Source: Escherichia phage BF17
Strand: one strand, 5' to 3'
Sequence record: MW822008.1
Length of the DNA: 64,000 nucleotides
Positions 1 through 9,676 of this stretch are shown here, one piece after another. The notes under the pieces were generated by a model. That model did not search any database. It was given only the letters and a program-made list of their open reading frames with translations, and was not told the DNA's origin. The position numbers were made by a program, and so were the translations under genes. How positions within the stretch are numbered: position 1 is the first letter of the stretch; each line of letters opens with the position of its first letter.

Positions 1-48
1 AGGATATTGATAAATTGAATATTCATTGTGAACTTTAAGGTATAACAA

Positions 49-432
49 ATGATAAACGATGTAATGCTTTATGTATTAATTACTCCGATTCTTATTAACT
101 CAGTAATAACTATTTCAATGGCATTATTTGGTATAGTAGCAATTGTTTATGCGGTTAGTACTGGAAAGTATACTTTAATTAGTAAGGTTGATTCATGGTT
201 CGCATCTGATAGTGTACCATATTCAGCTAGTATGATTACGATTGGTATTCTAATCGTTGCATTTACACTGCACTGTATTGGTTTTATTAATACAAGTATT
301 TTTTCAGTTTTTATTGGTCTATCATTATATCCATCACTTTGGTACTTGATTTATGTAATCGATGTTTGGTATAATAACTACAAGCAGTACAAAGTGAAGA
401 AATCCATTTTATCCAAAGGAAACAAATCATGA
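49..432 (+). CDS. hypothetical membrane protein
   Basis: 127-aa ORF, strongly hydrophobic with several TM-like segments; stop overlaps next start. Confidence 0.55.
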   Translation: MINDVMLYVLITPILINSVITISMALFGIVAIVYAVSTGKYTLISKVDSWFASDSVPYSASMITIGILIVAFTLHCIGFINTSIFSVFIGLSLYPSLWYLIYVIDVWYNNYKQYKVKKSILSKGNKS

Positions 433-779
433 AAGTAATTTTGTTTTTTGTTTGTATGATTATATGTGGTATGTCTTATGCAGAACCATTACCTGGACTA
501 GTCTGTACTGAAGGTGATATTAAACACATTTACCAAGGTGATAGCGATGACCATACTATCGTTTATATCGATGGTGAAGTGTATAATTTTGTTAAAGAAC
601 ATACTGTAGGTGACATTAGTTTTACGCAGTACTCGAATGATACTGATCCCAATATGCTTGCATTTCTTCAAGTTGATGTATATGAAGAAAGTAATGGCGA
701 ACAGTATGTTAAACTTGTGATGATGCGTAAGGCAGCAAAACAGGCAACATTCGGTGGCTTGTGTAAATATGAGGACTAA
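429..779 (+). CDS. small secreted protein
   Basis: 116 aa; N-terminal signal-peptide-like MKVILFFVCMIICGMSYA; translationally coupled to upstream ORF. Confidence 0.6.
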   Translation: MKVILFFVCMIICGMSYAEPLPGLVCTEGDIKHIYQGDSDDHTIVYIDGEVYNFVKEHTVGDISFTQYSNDTDPNMLAFLQVDVYEESNGEQYVKLVMMRKAAKQATFGGLCKYED

Positions 780-783
780 ACAT

Positions 784-975
784 ATGTTGATTTATCAATG
801 TGATAACATTCGTGTTATGCAGCATCCATACTTACAAATCTTTGATGTGCAGCAGTATATGGAAGGTGATGATCCAAGAACCTATGGTCGTAAGTATGAT
901 TACTTCACTGTAAAGCAGTGTCGTGACATCAAAGAAGTACGACAATTAGTTCAAGAACTTCAAAATAAAGGTTGA
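784..975 (+). CDS. hypothetical protein
   Basis: ORF 754-975 trimmed to ATG 784, which follows GAGGA; ends in terminator hairpin. Confidence 0.45.
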   Translation: MLIYQCDNIRVMQHPYLQIFDVQQYMEGDDPRTYGRKYDYFTVKQCRDIKEVRQLVQELQNKG

Positions 976-1003
976 CTTCGGTCAACCTTTTTTGTTATAA
1001 TTA
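969..1003 (+). terminator. hairpin terminator with embedded -35 TTGACT and downstream TATAAT
   Basis: AGGTTGACTTCGGTCAACCT + T-run, then TTATAAT ~17 nt after TTGACT. Confidence 0.6.
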
Positions 1004-1030
1004 TTTCATCAACTACTGGGGATTTTAATT

Positions 1031-1471
1031 ATGTACGTATATCGTTTTGAACTTAAATTCAGTTATATTGAACCTAACTTAGATCCAGCAAAAACAGTAG
1101 GGCCGTTCGCACGGTACTCTTCACGATACAGTACTAAAAATGGATTTGACCGTTTGTGCATGACCACGCCTTCGCAATTCCAACCAGAACCAACTGAAGA
1201 TGGAATCTATTCAATCAAACGTGGCTGGGCATTTGGCTGTCAGAGTTTGAATGATTTGTTTAAGTTCTTTACTATGGACTTGGGTAAATTACATCGTGCA
1301 GGGTTTGCTGTATCAGTATATGAAGTTCCTGATAATCATGTTGACATTGGTCGTAGTCAGGTTCAGTACTATTGTGGTAGTGCCAATCTGGTTCGTATTA
1401 TGTCAGTGAGAGAAGCAAAGGATGAGTACCGCCAAAGTAAAAGAGTAATACATGAGGCTGTATATGGATAA
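1031..1471 (+). CDS. hypothetical protein
   Basis: 146-aa ORF downstream of the terminator/promoter unit. Confidence 0.6.
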   Translation: MYVYRFELKFSYIEPNLDPAKTVGPFARYSSRYSTKNGFDRLCMTTPSQFQPEPTEDGIYSIKRGWAFGCQSLNDLFKFFTMDLGKLHRAGFAVSVYEVPDNHVDIGRSQVQYYCGSANLVRIMSVREAKDEYRQSKRVIHEAVYG

Positions 1472-1808
1472 GACTCAAATAGAATTAAAAAAATTTGTAT
1501 CGTTTTATCTACCCAATGACCCACGTTGTACACAATATGATGTTGCATATTACAATGCATTGACTACACAGTTAATGAAGAAATTCAAACAGTGCTTGAC
1601 TGTATTCAATGATGATGGTAGACGTAGATATAGAATCATTCCAATGAATGATGAAAACGATAACTACTTTGACTTTGATGTTGTTTTTCGAGCATACAAT
1701 GATGATAGAATAAAATTAAATTATGAGCAAATAATGCTTGACCTGAGTGTTATCTGTGTTATAATTACTCACATAGCCGAACTTGATGGTTTAAAAGAAT
1801 GGTATTAA
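1452..1808 (+). CDS. hypothetical protein
   Basis: 118-aa ORF; true start may be ATG 1464. Confidence 0.5.
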   Translation: MRLYMDKTQIELKKFVSFYLPNDPRCTQYDVAYYNALTTQLMKKFKQCLTVFNDDGRRRYRIIPMNDENDNYFDFDVVFRAYNDDRIKLNYEQIMLDLSVICVIITHIAELDGLKEWY

Positions 1809-1822
1809 CTTAGAGGATAATC

Positions 1823-2089
1823 ATGAAGCTTAAATTACAATACAATGGTTTTACTTTGCGTAACGACACTGAGTTTGTCAATCGTTCACCCGGTGCTGAG
1901 TTGTTTTTGCGAGAGATGAACATTCCTTTCGTCATCACTACTGTTGGTGACCGTGAAGTGCTACAATACGCAGAGCATCAAGTTATTGATGTTCCGTGGT
2001 ATTCTGAGCATATGTATATGGATATGGCCCGTCGCTACGACTGTAAGTTCGTAGTTGAAGGTGATAAAATTACAGTCCAATTCAAATAA
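1823..2089 (+). CDS. hypothetical protein
   Basis: 88-aa ORF, AGGA upstream. Confidence 0.55.
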   Translation: MKLKLQYNGFTLRNDTEFVNRSPGAELFLREMNIPFVITTVGDREVLQYAEHQVIDVPWYSEHMYMDMARRYDCKFVVEGDKITVQFK

Positions 2090-2100
2090 GGTAACTTAAA

Positions 2101-2394
2101 ATGATCAGTACTTCAGTAAATGCAAGCATCGTGGCAGACGTAGAAATGGTTAAAGAATGTACAGACGAAACCCTTCGCAACATGTACATCAATGATTTGA
2201 TTTCAGAGTACGGAAGTCGTGGTGTTCATGAGTTTGTTCGCCTAAGCGGTGAATTGATGAAGAATCGCATTCGTATGAAGCTTAATGTGCATCCAAAAGC
2301 ATGGGCGTTTACAATGAAGTACGCTGAAGATATTGTTGAGTTGCGTCGCAATGATGTGTATAATCGTTTACACAATGGTACATTAAAGGACTAA
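2101..2394 (+). CDS. hypothetical protein
   Basis: 97-aa ORF; followed by inverted repeat GGAATCC...GGATTCC. Confidence 0.55.
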   Translation: MISTSVNASIVADVEMVKECTDETLRNMYINDLISEYGSRGVHEFVRLSGELMKNRIRMKLNVHPKAWAFTMKYAEDIVELRRNDVYNRLHNGTLKD

Positions 2395-2444
2395 ATTATA
2401 GGAATCCGTAAAAGGATTCCTGTTCTTGTTTATAAGGTAATAAA

Positions 2445-2669
2445 ATGAAATATCTAGTACTAGTACTGCTATTCTTGAGTACTGTTGTATGTGCTAAACC
2501 AAAGTATCATGTAGTGTGTATCAACGAGATGGAAGGATATACTGAAACATATAAGAACCATATTGTTGAAGTTGCAGCCCAAGGTTCCTATGGGACCATC
2601 ATCTTCCTTAAGAACAATGTGATTGTTCAGTACAAAAAAGATTTAAATTGTAAAGTGACTAAAAAATGA
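2445..2669 (+). CDS. small secreted protein
   Basis: 74 aa; signal-peptide-like MKYLVLVLLFLSTVVCA. Confidence 0.55.
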   Translation: MKYLVLVLLFLSTVVCAKPKYHVVCINEMEGYTETYKNHIVEVAAQGSYGTIIFLKNNVIVQYKKDLNCKVTKK

Positions 2670-2739
2670 TCTAGATCAATTTTTCAGATATTCTCTGTAA
2701 ATAATAGCAGTACAGAACATTATTTTACGGAGGTGTAAT

Positions 2740-2976
2740 ATGGAAACTATAATCATCATATGTGCGTTGTTTGCATTTTTGGTAATGTGGTCACCAACAT
2801 TCATTGCATATAAAATGAAAAATAAAAATGCAGAAGCAATTATGTACGTAAACTTATGTTGCATACTAACTTATGGAATACTTTTATTCTTTACTGAATT
2901 TACATTAATCCCAGTAGTAGTTTGTTCATCAATGTTTATTTGGTTGTTTCTGCTTTATGAATCTATTAAAAAATAA
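2740..2976 (+). CDS. small membrane protein
   Basis: 78 aa, two hydrophobic helices; GGAGG upstream. Confidence 0.55.
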   Translation: METIIIICALFAFLVMWSPTFIAYKMKNKNAEAIMYVNLCCILTYGILLFFTEFTLIPVVVCSSMFIWLFLLYESIKK

Positions 2977-3030
2977 AAGATATAGGGTTGGTAATATGCC
3001 ATCCCTTTTACTTTATGTGGGGTTTAATTA

Positions 3031-3603
3031 ATGAATAGAAAAGGTAAGTTCAAAGTATCAAAGAAGAACAAAAGTTCTAGATTTAGACCTATAACTTTAA
3101 CTTTTAAGGCTAAAGAAGAATTAACTGCACTTAGTAAAAAGATAATTTCATCTAAGATTAAAGTATCATACGTAAATTCGGTAAAATTTCAGAAGGTTAA
3201 ACCACAAGACAAACTCATTTCACTTATATTTAAACGTAATGATTTTGAGATATTAGTAGATGATTATAGAGCCTATAATGCTGGATTCATTCATGTCACT
3301 TGTAATACCGAACTAACTGAGTTGGAACATTTGACATGTATCATAAGTGTAGATAACGGTGTGGTGAAGTACAATTTTTTACATTTTACCAATATCAATA
3401 ATGGAATGGGTGTACAATCCAGACCTATAGTACCTACATGTGATGTGACTAATTTAGCAAAGCTCAATGAAGAAGAATATTTTCAAGAAAGCATTGTAAC
3501 TGAGCATTTAGATGCTATAATAGCAACTTACAAAGAATGCATATGGGTTTTGAATGCGATAAAGCCCAAATTGTGTTTAATGAATGTCGTTCGTGATTTA
3601 TAA
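3031..3603 (+). CDS. hypothetical protein
   Basis: 190-aa ORF with Lys-rich N-terminus. Confidence 0.6.
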   Translation: MNRKGKFKVSKKNKSSRFRPITLTFKAKEELTALSKKIISSKIKVSYVNSVKFQKVKPQDKLISLIFKRNDFEILVDDYRAYNAGFIHVTCNTELTELEHLTCIISVDNGVVKYNFLHFTNINNGMGVQSRPIVPTCDVTNLAKLNEEEYFQESIVTEHLDAIIATYKECIWVLNAIKPKLCLMNVVRDL

Positions 3604-3616
3604 CTGGAGATGTAGT

Positions 3617-4060
3617 ATGGGTTGGATTAACGTTAATAGCATTGAACTAAATGAGCAAGACATATTTGCCTTTGTTAATTTGGTAGAGAACATTGCTATT
3701 AAAGGTCGTCTGTTTAGTTCATCGGACGGTAAAAAATGGATCTCTCTTATGAACGACAATGGCGAGATTTATGACGTTATGCAACTACCTCATTGGGCTT
3801 ATAAGAATACATCTGATGATGTGATGGCTGCTGTTATGCGTGAGTTTGAGAAGCTGCCAGGTGGTGATATTAAGAACATCGTATTCAATGCAGAACGCAT
3901 GAACTACACACCAGAGCAGCTTCAACAGTTGGCAATTGCTGCCTATCAAGCTGCCATTAAGAAACCTGAATGTGTGATATTAAAGTACACACCGAACTTG
4001 AAGTTAACATTAGAAGATATGGATTCCTTTATCTTCAGTTCAGAACTTAAACAGTACTGA
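3617..4060 (+). CDS. hypothetical protein
   Basis: ORF 3584-4060 trimmed to ATG 3617 after GGAG. Confidence 0.55.
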   Translation: MGWINVNSIELNEQDIFAFVNLVENIAIKGRLFSSSDGKKWISLMNDNGEIYDVMQLPHWAYKNTSDDVMAAVMREFEKLPGGDIKNIVFNAERMNYTPEQLQQLAIAAYQAAIKKPECVILKYTPNLKLTLEDMDSFIFSSELKQY

Positions 4061-4171
4061 TTTGACTTTGGAACAACCATTTCATATGTGATATAATCTT
4101 AAGTGTCTGTTGAAATAAACAGCACATGAAGTATAAATATTAAAGTAATTTATCTCTTTAAGGAGTATGAA

Positions 4172-4555
4172 ATGGTTGATAAATGGAATAAGAAAGATCC
4201 ATCGCATGATGTGGATATTTCTGGAATTGATAATGCACATAAGCATAAGTATCTTGATTCACTAGGTCTACTAAAGCCTGACCAAAGTCTTGCACATGAT
4301 CGTCCTTCACGTGAAAAAGCTTTCAGTCTAGAATCACTAGGCCATGAATTGAATCGTGTATTTGAAGATCATCCAATTTATGTACGTGATATCATTGAGA
4401 AACTTAAAGTGACTCCTAAAGAGCACTTCAAGGCAACAGTACACGCAGCATTCCGTGCACTACATGAAGCACTAAAGAAAACTCATAACCTTCGCAAGAT
4501 TCATGATGACATCGTGAACTCTATTGAAGGCGAAAAACATAAGTTTAAAAAATAA
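4172..4555 (+). CDS. hypothetical protein
   Basis: 127 aa; AAGGAG upstream; shares SLGLL motif with 5403-6914. Confidence 0.6.
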   Translation: MVDKWNKKDPSHDVDISGIDNAHKHKYLDSLGLLKPDQSLAHDRPSREKAFSLESLGHELNRVFEDHPIYVRDIIEKLKVTPKEHFKATVHAAFRALHEALKKTHNLRKIHDDIVNSIEGEKHKFKK

Positions 4556-4561
4556 TTAAAA

Positions 4562-4595
4562 GGGGTTGACTTCAGTCAGCCCTTTGTCGTATAAT
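4562..4595 (+). terminator. hairpin terminator with embedded -35 and downstream TATAAT
   Basis: GGGGTTGACTTCAGTCAGCCC then TATAAT. Confidence 0.6.
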
Positions 4596-4642
4596 ATTTT
4601 CATCAAGTGATACAAAATACAAACAACGTGAGGTATTAAATT

Positions 4643-4756
4643 ATGCAAGGTACTAAATTCATCATCGCTGCCCTAATCGCTGCTGTTGTAGTGGGTACAG
4701 TATGTTATTCAATTGACACCTATATCAATACACCTAGTGTTGAACAAACCAAATAA
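4643..4756 (+). CDS. small hydrophobic peptide
   Basis: 37-aa ORF below track cutoff; GAGG upstream; single TM-like helix. Confidence 0.35.
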   Translation: MQGTKFIIAALIAAVVVGTVCYSIDTYINTPSVEQTK

Positions 4757-4764
4757 GGGATATC

Positions 4765-5028
4765 ATGGCTGAAACATTATCACTATATGCGTTAGTACTG
4801 TTATTTGTCGGATTTCTTCCCGCACTCATTACCGCCATTCGTGTTGTTAAACATGAAGCTGCATTGATTGTATGTAGTATTGGGTCGAACATTCTATTGT
4901 ATTTCTTTTTGACAAATACTATTGTACTGTTTGCTTTCTTTATCATGATTCTCTGGGTACTTGTAATTCTCGGATTCTTCATTTGGTCATTGGTTGATCC
5001 TAAGAAAAAATCAGGAGAAGTGAAATGA
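4765..5028 (+). CDS. small membrane protein
   Basis: 87 aa, three hydrophobic segments. Confidence 0.55.
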   Translation: MAETLSLYALVLLFVGFLPALITAIRVVKHEAALIVCSIGSNILLYFFLTNTIVLFAFFIMILWVLVILGFFIWSLVDPKKKSGEVK

Positions 5029-5321
5029 AATTAATTATTGCAATGATGATGTGTTTGGCTTTCCCTGTACTGGCTACTCCTAATCTGGACTGCACACTGT
5101 TGCGTTCAGATGGTGACACACTTGAAATCAACACATATGAACTCTTTGGTCCAAGTGTAGTGGAGAATGAAACCACCTACAATTTCAAAGCTATTGACTT
5201 TGAAGGTAATGTTCCAGTACTAACTACAATGACTATTGACAAAACTACTTTACTCGGACGAATCACCACACAACGAGGTGAAAGTAAAACATTCACAGCG
5301 AAAGCTGACTGTAACTACTAA
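5025..5321 (+). CDS. small secreted protein
   Basis: 98 aa; signal-peptide-like MKLIIAMMMCLAFPVLA; overlapping stop/start. Confidence 0.6.
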   Translation: MKLIIAMMMCLAFPVLATPNLDCTLLRSDGDTLEINTYELFGPSVVENETTYNFKAIDFEGNVPVLTTMTIDKTTLLGRITTQRGESKTFTAKADCNY

Positions 5322-5342
5322 TGGTATAGTACAGTGAAAATA

Positions 5343-5380
5343 GGGTTGACTTCGGTCAACCTTTTCTTTATACTATAAAT
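5343..5380 (+). terminator. hairpin terminator with embedded -35
   Basis: GGGTTGACTTCGGTCAACC + T-run. Confidence 0.55.
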
Positions 5381-5402
5381 ATAGTCATAGAGAATAAACA
5401 AT

Positions 5403-6914
5403 ATGAAATCTATGGAGAGAAATCAAATGCCAGGTCAATTTACTGATAAAAATGGCGGGAACATGGCAGGTCACTCTGATAAATGGAGTGAACGCAATCG
5501 TCGTCAAAATAGCTACCAAGCAGGACAGGGGTCACGTGGTTCACGTAATCAAGGGACAGGTTTAGCTGGTAAGGCAAACGCAGAAGCAGGTGAAGTTAAG
5601 AGTACTGAGAACATGACTGAGCTAGAAAAGCTACGTTATGTTAACTCATTAGGTCTTCTTAACGCAACACAGAAACAACGCCTTGCTGATATGGAACGTG
5701 CTGAGAAAGAACAAGCAGTTCCTAAAGAAGAACCAAAACCAGAAGCTCCTAAAGCAGCTAACCCTGTTAAAGAGTTATCTGATAACTTAGGTAAGATCTT
5801 TGCTAACAAACCACAGTTGATTCAGGGTATTGTCAAAGCACTACAGGCAGTTCCTAAAGAAGAACTCAAAGGTAAAGCACAAGCTGTACTTGATGCAATG
5901 AAAGGTAATAAGAGCACTGAACCCACTGAAGTATTCAGTACTATCATGCGTGCACTTGAAGGTACACACAAAGAAGATTCCAAAGAACCTGAACAGGGTG
6001 AAGCAAGTCTTGATGGTATTCTTAAAACTTTTGATAGTATTGGTAAAGCAGACCGTGCTAATGCCCAGCAAGTCAAGAATGTACTGGCTAAACTTGAAAA
6101 CCGTTTAGAAGGTAAAGATGATAAGGTTAAGCTCGTATCAGATGCAGTTAACAGTGCACTTAAATCTTATGTACAAGGTGAGAAAAGTCGCTTCGTAACA
6201 GCTATGGATGCTGCATTCAACACTATGAAAAAGTATGAAGCAGAACATGGTGAGAAAGTGACACCTGATGGATATCTACTACGTAAAGATGAAGAAGGTG
6301 CAGTTGAACAGAAAGATGTTGAGCCTGAGCAAGAAGATCTACCTGATACCGTTGATATGGATGGATACATTCATCGTCCTGAGATGGAAGAGTTTGGGTC
6401 AGATAAAGAAGGTTTTGAACATGCAATGGCAGTATATAAAGCATTAGTTAAAAATCCAGATTATGCTAACCGTTTTGTTGACGAGTTTGATAGTGCATGG
6501 AATAACTACAAAGAGAAAGGTTATGACTTCCCTGCTGAAGCTGCATTCTTTGAACTTGGTAAACTATTAGCTAAACATGGAATTGACGTTGGTTCATCTG
6601 ATTCTGACGGTATGGAAGAAGAACATCTTGAAATGACTGATAAATCAATTCATGAACTTCAAAAGTTAATGATGTGGATATCCGAGATTGGTAAAAAAGC
6701 AGGTGCTGATAGTAAAAGTATCAACAAAAATATTAGTTGGATTAAAGATAATGTTGGTAACAATGCTCGTAAACTTCAAAAGGCTTGGGCTGATTTAGTA
6801 AATGGTGCAGATGATGTTGACATTGAATCACCAGAAGCATATGAGTATGCACTAACTACACTTGATAACTCATTCAAAGAGTACGACCGTGGTGTTGGAA
6901 AGGATAAAAAATAA
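5403..6914 (+). CDS. large charged low-complexity protein
   Basis: 503 aa, Lys/Glu/Asp/Ala-rich; several possible start ATGs between 5403 and 5439. Confidence 0.65.
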   Translation: MKSMERNQMPGQFTDKNGGNMAGHSDKWSERNRRQNSYQAGQGSRGSRNQGTGLAGKANAEAGEVKSTENMTELEKLRYVNSLGLLNATQKQRLADMERAEKEQAVPKEEPKPEAPKAANPVKELSDNLGKIFANKPQLIQGIVKALQAVPKEELKGKAQAVLDAMKGNKSTEPTEVFSTIMRALEGTHKEDSKEPEQGEASLDGILKTFDSIGKADRANAQQVKNVLAKLENRLEGKDDKVKLVSDAVNSALKSYVQGEKSRFVTAMDAAFNTMKKYEAEHGEKVTPDGYLLRKDEEGAVEQKDVEPEQEDLPDTVDMDGYIHRPEMEEFGSDKEGFEHAMAVYKALVKNPDYANRFVDEFDSAWNNYKEKGYDFPAEAAFFELGKLLAKHGIDVGSSDSDGMEEEHLEMTDKSIHELQKLMMWISEIGKKAGADSKSINKNISWIKDNVGNNARKLQKAWADLVNGADDVDIESPEAYEYALTTLDNSFKEYDRGVGKDKK

Positions 6915-6923
6915 ACATTTAAA

Positions 6924-6957
6924 AGGTTGACTTCGGTCAACCTTTTTTTGTAAATAT
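6924..6957 (+). terminator. hairpin terminator with embedded -35
   Basis: AGGTTGACTTCGGTCAACCT + TTTTTTT. Confidence 0.6.
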
Positions 6958-6985
6958 TGTAGAGGGTTTTATAAGAGGTAATGCA

Positions 6986-7237
6986 ATGTTTAAATATGTT
7001 TTATTTTCACTTGTATTGTTTACTGATATAGTTTATAGTACTGAATACCAGTGCTCCATTGCTAGACAGGAGTTTAGAAACGGTGAGTTCTATACCAAGT
7101 CTTACACTAGAGGATTGGTACATGACAATAATAAAACTATAGGGTTCAATGCATTTGATAACAAAGATCGATATACGTCTGGAATACTATCTGAACGTAA
7201 GTCGGATATACTAGGTATCGAGCGTGAATTCCGGTGA
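6986..7237 (+). CDS. small secreted protein
   Basis: 83 aa; signal-peptide-like N-terminus. Confidence 0.5.
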   Translation: MFKYVLFSLVLFTDIVYSTEYQCSIARQEFRNGEFYTKSYTRGLVHDNNKTIGFNAFDNKDRYTSGILSERKSDILGIEREFR

Positions 7238-7598
7238 CACGGTTGCAATGTGTAATGATATTGAGAGTACTAAGAAAGTATATACTAATGGTGAAAATAC
7301 CTTTAGATTCCACAATCTTACTACCAATGAAAGTTTATACTTCTACAACTGTAAAGAGTTCATTAAACCTGCGGATAACTCATGTGATATGCCGGAGCCA
7401 AAAGCTGCTGTATGTGAGGAACCACAATCTAAAGCTGACAAAGATTCAAAAGATAAGAAAGACAAAGCTGACAAATCGGATAAAAAAGAAAACAAAAAGA
7501 AAGCTAAAGATGATAAAGATAAAAAGTCCCCTAAGCCAAATCCATTTGAAAAGCCAAAGAATGAAAAGCCAAAACCAGACATGACATGTAAAATATAA
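7224..7598 (+). CDS. Cys-containing protein with Lys/Asp-rich tail
   Basis: 124 aa; overlaps 6986-7237 by 14 nt in another frame. Confidence 0.45.
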   Translation: MNSGDTVAMCNDIESTKKVYTNGENTFRFHNLTTNESLYFYNCKEFIKPADNSCDMPEPKAAVCEEPQSKADKDSKDKKDKADKSDKKENKKKAKDDKDKKSPKPNPFEKPKNEKPKPDMTCKI

Positions 7599-7606
7599 AA
7601 GAAAAG

Positions 7607-7639
7607 GGTTGACTTCGGTCGGCCCTTTTTGCTATAATC
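7607..7639 (+). terminator. hairpin terminator with embedded -35 and TATAAT
   Basis: GGGTTGACTTCGGTCGGCCC TTTTTGC TATAAT. Confidence 0.6.
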
Positions 7640-7664
7640 ATTTCATCAACTACTGGAGGCAAAC

Positions 7665-8078
7665 ATGTTAAAAGTTATTTTCCGTTCTATCAGTTCATTA
7701 CTTCTTATGATTAGTTCAGTTTGTTATGCAAATGAAGTATCTGATTTATTTGAGAAGAATTACCCAACTGCACAAGAGATGGGTGTTTTAAAATGCAAGC
7801 TAACTTCGTACAACATCATCGGCAGTAAACTTGTACTGGAACATGAACGTAGTACACCAATCCCTCTAGTAGAAGAAGGTAGTACCTTTAGCTTCAAGTA
7901 CGGGGTGAATGTAACATCTGGTGTAATGAACAATGTTGATGCAGAGACTGGTTCAACATGGAGTACTAGCGGTAAAGATGTGTTTCATCGTATGCGTGAA
8001 AATGGTAAACTGAAGTACGTATATGAAAGTTCATTCATGAAACGTGTATTCATTATAAAAAATTGTGTACCAGCATAA
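7665..8078 (+). CDS. secreted protein
   Basis: 137 aa; signal-peptide-like MLKVIFRSISSLLLMISSVCYA. Confidence 0.6.
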   Translation: MLKVIFRSISSLLLMISSVCYANEVSDLFEKNYPTAQEMGVLKCKLTSYNIIGSKLVLEHERSTPIPLVEEGSTFSFKYGVNVTSGVMNNVDAETGSTWSTSGKDVFHRMRENGKLKYVYESSFMKRVFIIKNCVPA

Positions 8079-8089
8079 GGAACAACATC

Positions 8090-8365
8090 ATGCGTTCATT
8101 TGAAAACTTAATCGGTAAACTTCGCTTACAAGAAATTGAAGCTGATGTGAAGGAATTATCTGAAACTAAGAGTTACATTCATTTAGATGAACTGTTTATT
8201 AAGTACGGTGAGATTGGTTTTAAGTCATTATTTGTTTTTGTCATGAAGGTGCATAGTTTAAAGTACTTTGATTTGAGTTCAAAAGACGGACAACCAAATC
8301 TGTATTACATGTATTATCTTAAGAACATAGACGAAGCTAATACATTATTCTTAGAATATATGTAG
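8090..8365 (+). CDS. hypothetical protein
   Basis: ORF 8063-8365 trimmed to ATG 8090. Confidence 0.5.
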   Translation: MRSFENLIGKLRLQEIEADVKELSETKSYIHLDELFIKYGEIGFKSLFVFVMKVHSLKYFDLSSKDGQPNLYYMYYLKNIDEANTLFLEYM

Positions 8366-8374
8366 GGGTAAAAA

Positions 8375-8713
8375 ATGGAACAACATTTTGAATTAATTAA
8401 TAAGGTATCATTTTATGTAGTATCGTTAATTTGGGTGTATTACATGTTTTGTTACATTATTGCATTCTTCCGATACACGACCTTGTATCAACGCATATAC
8501 TACGATGCACCAATTTCATTTTTGATGTTCAGTGCATGTACGTGGGGGATAATTGAAGCACTGGTATGTGGATATAGTACGGACGAATTAAATCTCGTAT
8601 CGGTGTTGACATTACTAACAATTGCTACTATGATAGCTACAGTTCCGATATTTTTGCTCTTTAAACTGCTTCATCGCATCGATGAGTGGCGTAATAAAAT
8701 CCCTGAAAAGTAA
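8375..8713 (+). CDS. small membrane protein, paralog family (cluster A)
   Basis: 112 aa, hydrophobic, basic tail WRNKIPEK. Confidence 0.6.
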   Translation: MEQHFELINKVSFYVVSLIWVYYMFCYIIAFFRYTTLYQRIYYDAPISFLMFSACTWGIIEALVCGYSTDELNLVSVLTLLTIATMIATVPIFLLFKLLHRIDEWRNKIPEK

Positions 8714-8716
8714 GGA

Positions 8717-9064
8717 TTGATAATGATTTTTTACACTAATGCGTTTGCTTATGCCGTTGCATCAATCTACATTGTGTACTTCTTATTTGGTGGAGTACTG
8801 TACTTCTTTAAGTACAAAACATTGTTTAACCGAATGTATCCAAATCACCCAATTGTAGTAGTACTTTTGATTATTTCTGTTGCTCACATCATTGTAGAAA
8901 CAATAATGGGTATTAGTGCAGTACATTACAGTCTAGGTACTATTGTAATTATTACTATGATCATCGCATACATTTTAGTAATGGGTTCTGGTTTATTTGG
9001 GAATGTAGCAATGAAAATGTATAATCGAATCAAAACATTACGTGATAATCTACCGGAGCGTTGA
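8717..9064 (+). CDS. small membrane protein, paralog family (cluster A)
   Basis: 115 aa, tail LRDNLPER. Confidence 0.6.
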   Translation: MIMIFYTNAFAYAVASIYIVYFLFGGVLYFFKYKTLFNRMYPNHPIVVVLLIISVAHIIVETIMGISAVHYSLGTIVIITMIIAYILVMGSGLFGNVAMKMYNRIKTLRDNLPER

Positions 9065-9065
9065 G

Positions 9066-9410
9066 ATGTATAATTTAAATTTAATATCATATATCATAAC
9101 AACACTGTTTACTTTCTATGTCTTTGTTGGTATACTCCTACTGTACTTTAAATTTTATAAACTCTTTGACCGTTTATATCCATCATTGAAACATGAATTC
9201 TTATTGGTGATGTACATCTGTTTAACGTGTATGTCTACATTTTTCACTGTATTTGATGGTATCATCGGTATTAAAGCTGAAGATCCAAATGGGAGTACAC
9301 TTGTTGCCTTTATTCTGGTAGGATTCTTCGGTACTTATATCACTTTCATTTCAACATGGTCTGTGGTTGATTATCTCATTAGATTACGAGATAAAATGCC
9401 AAATCGATAG
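9066..9410 (+). CDS. small membrane protein, paralog family (cluster A)
   Basis: ORF 9042-9410 trimmed to ATG 9066; tail LRDKMPNR. Confidence 0.55.
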   Translation: MYNLNLISYIITTLFTFYVFVGILLLYFKFYKLFDRLYPSLKHEFLLVMYICLTCMSTFFTVFDGIIGIKAEDPNGSTLVAFILVGFFGTYITFISTWSVVDYLIRLRDKMPNR

Positions 9411-9418
9411 GGGGTGCT

Positions 9419-9676
9419 ATGTTTGCATTGCGTAATAAAAATACAAAAGAGATTCTATGTATCTCAACAGTATGGGATTGTGCAGGAAGTGAAATGATTC
9501 TCGAAGAAGGTTCAGGTGATTGTGTTTATGTTGTACAGGATCGTCGCGAACTGGAATCATTACTTGACGAATTTAATGCTGGTGGAAATCCTAAAAGTAC
9601 TCAATTCCCTGAGATCAGGAATCCAGCACCACCAGGCTCTTATGAAATTCTACAACTGTGGGAGATGGATAAGTAA
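9419..9676 (+). CDS. hypothetical protein
   Basis: 85-aa ORF, GGGGG upstream. Confidence 0.5.
   Translation: MFALRNKNTKEILCISTVWDCAGSEMILEEGSGDCVYVVQDRRELESLLDEFNAGGNPKSTQFPEIRNPAPPGSYEILQLWEMDK

Noticed and set aside
7234-7584. Alternative-frame ORF 7234-7584 (Lys/Arg-rich)
   Set aside because: It is a frame-shifted reading of the AAA/GAT-rich low-complexity tract of 7224-7598 and has no start context
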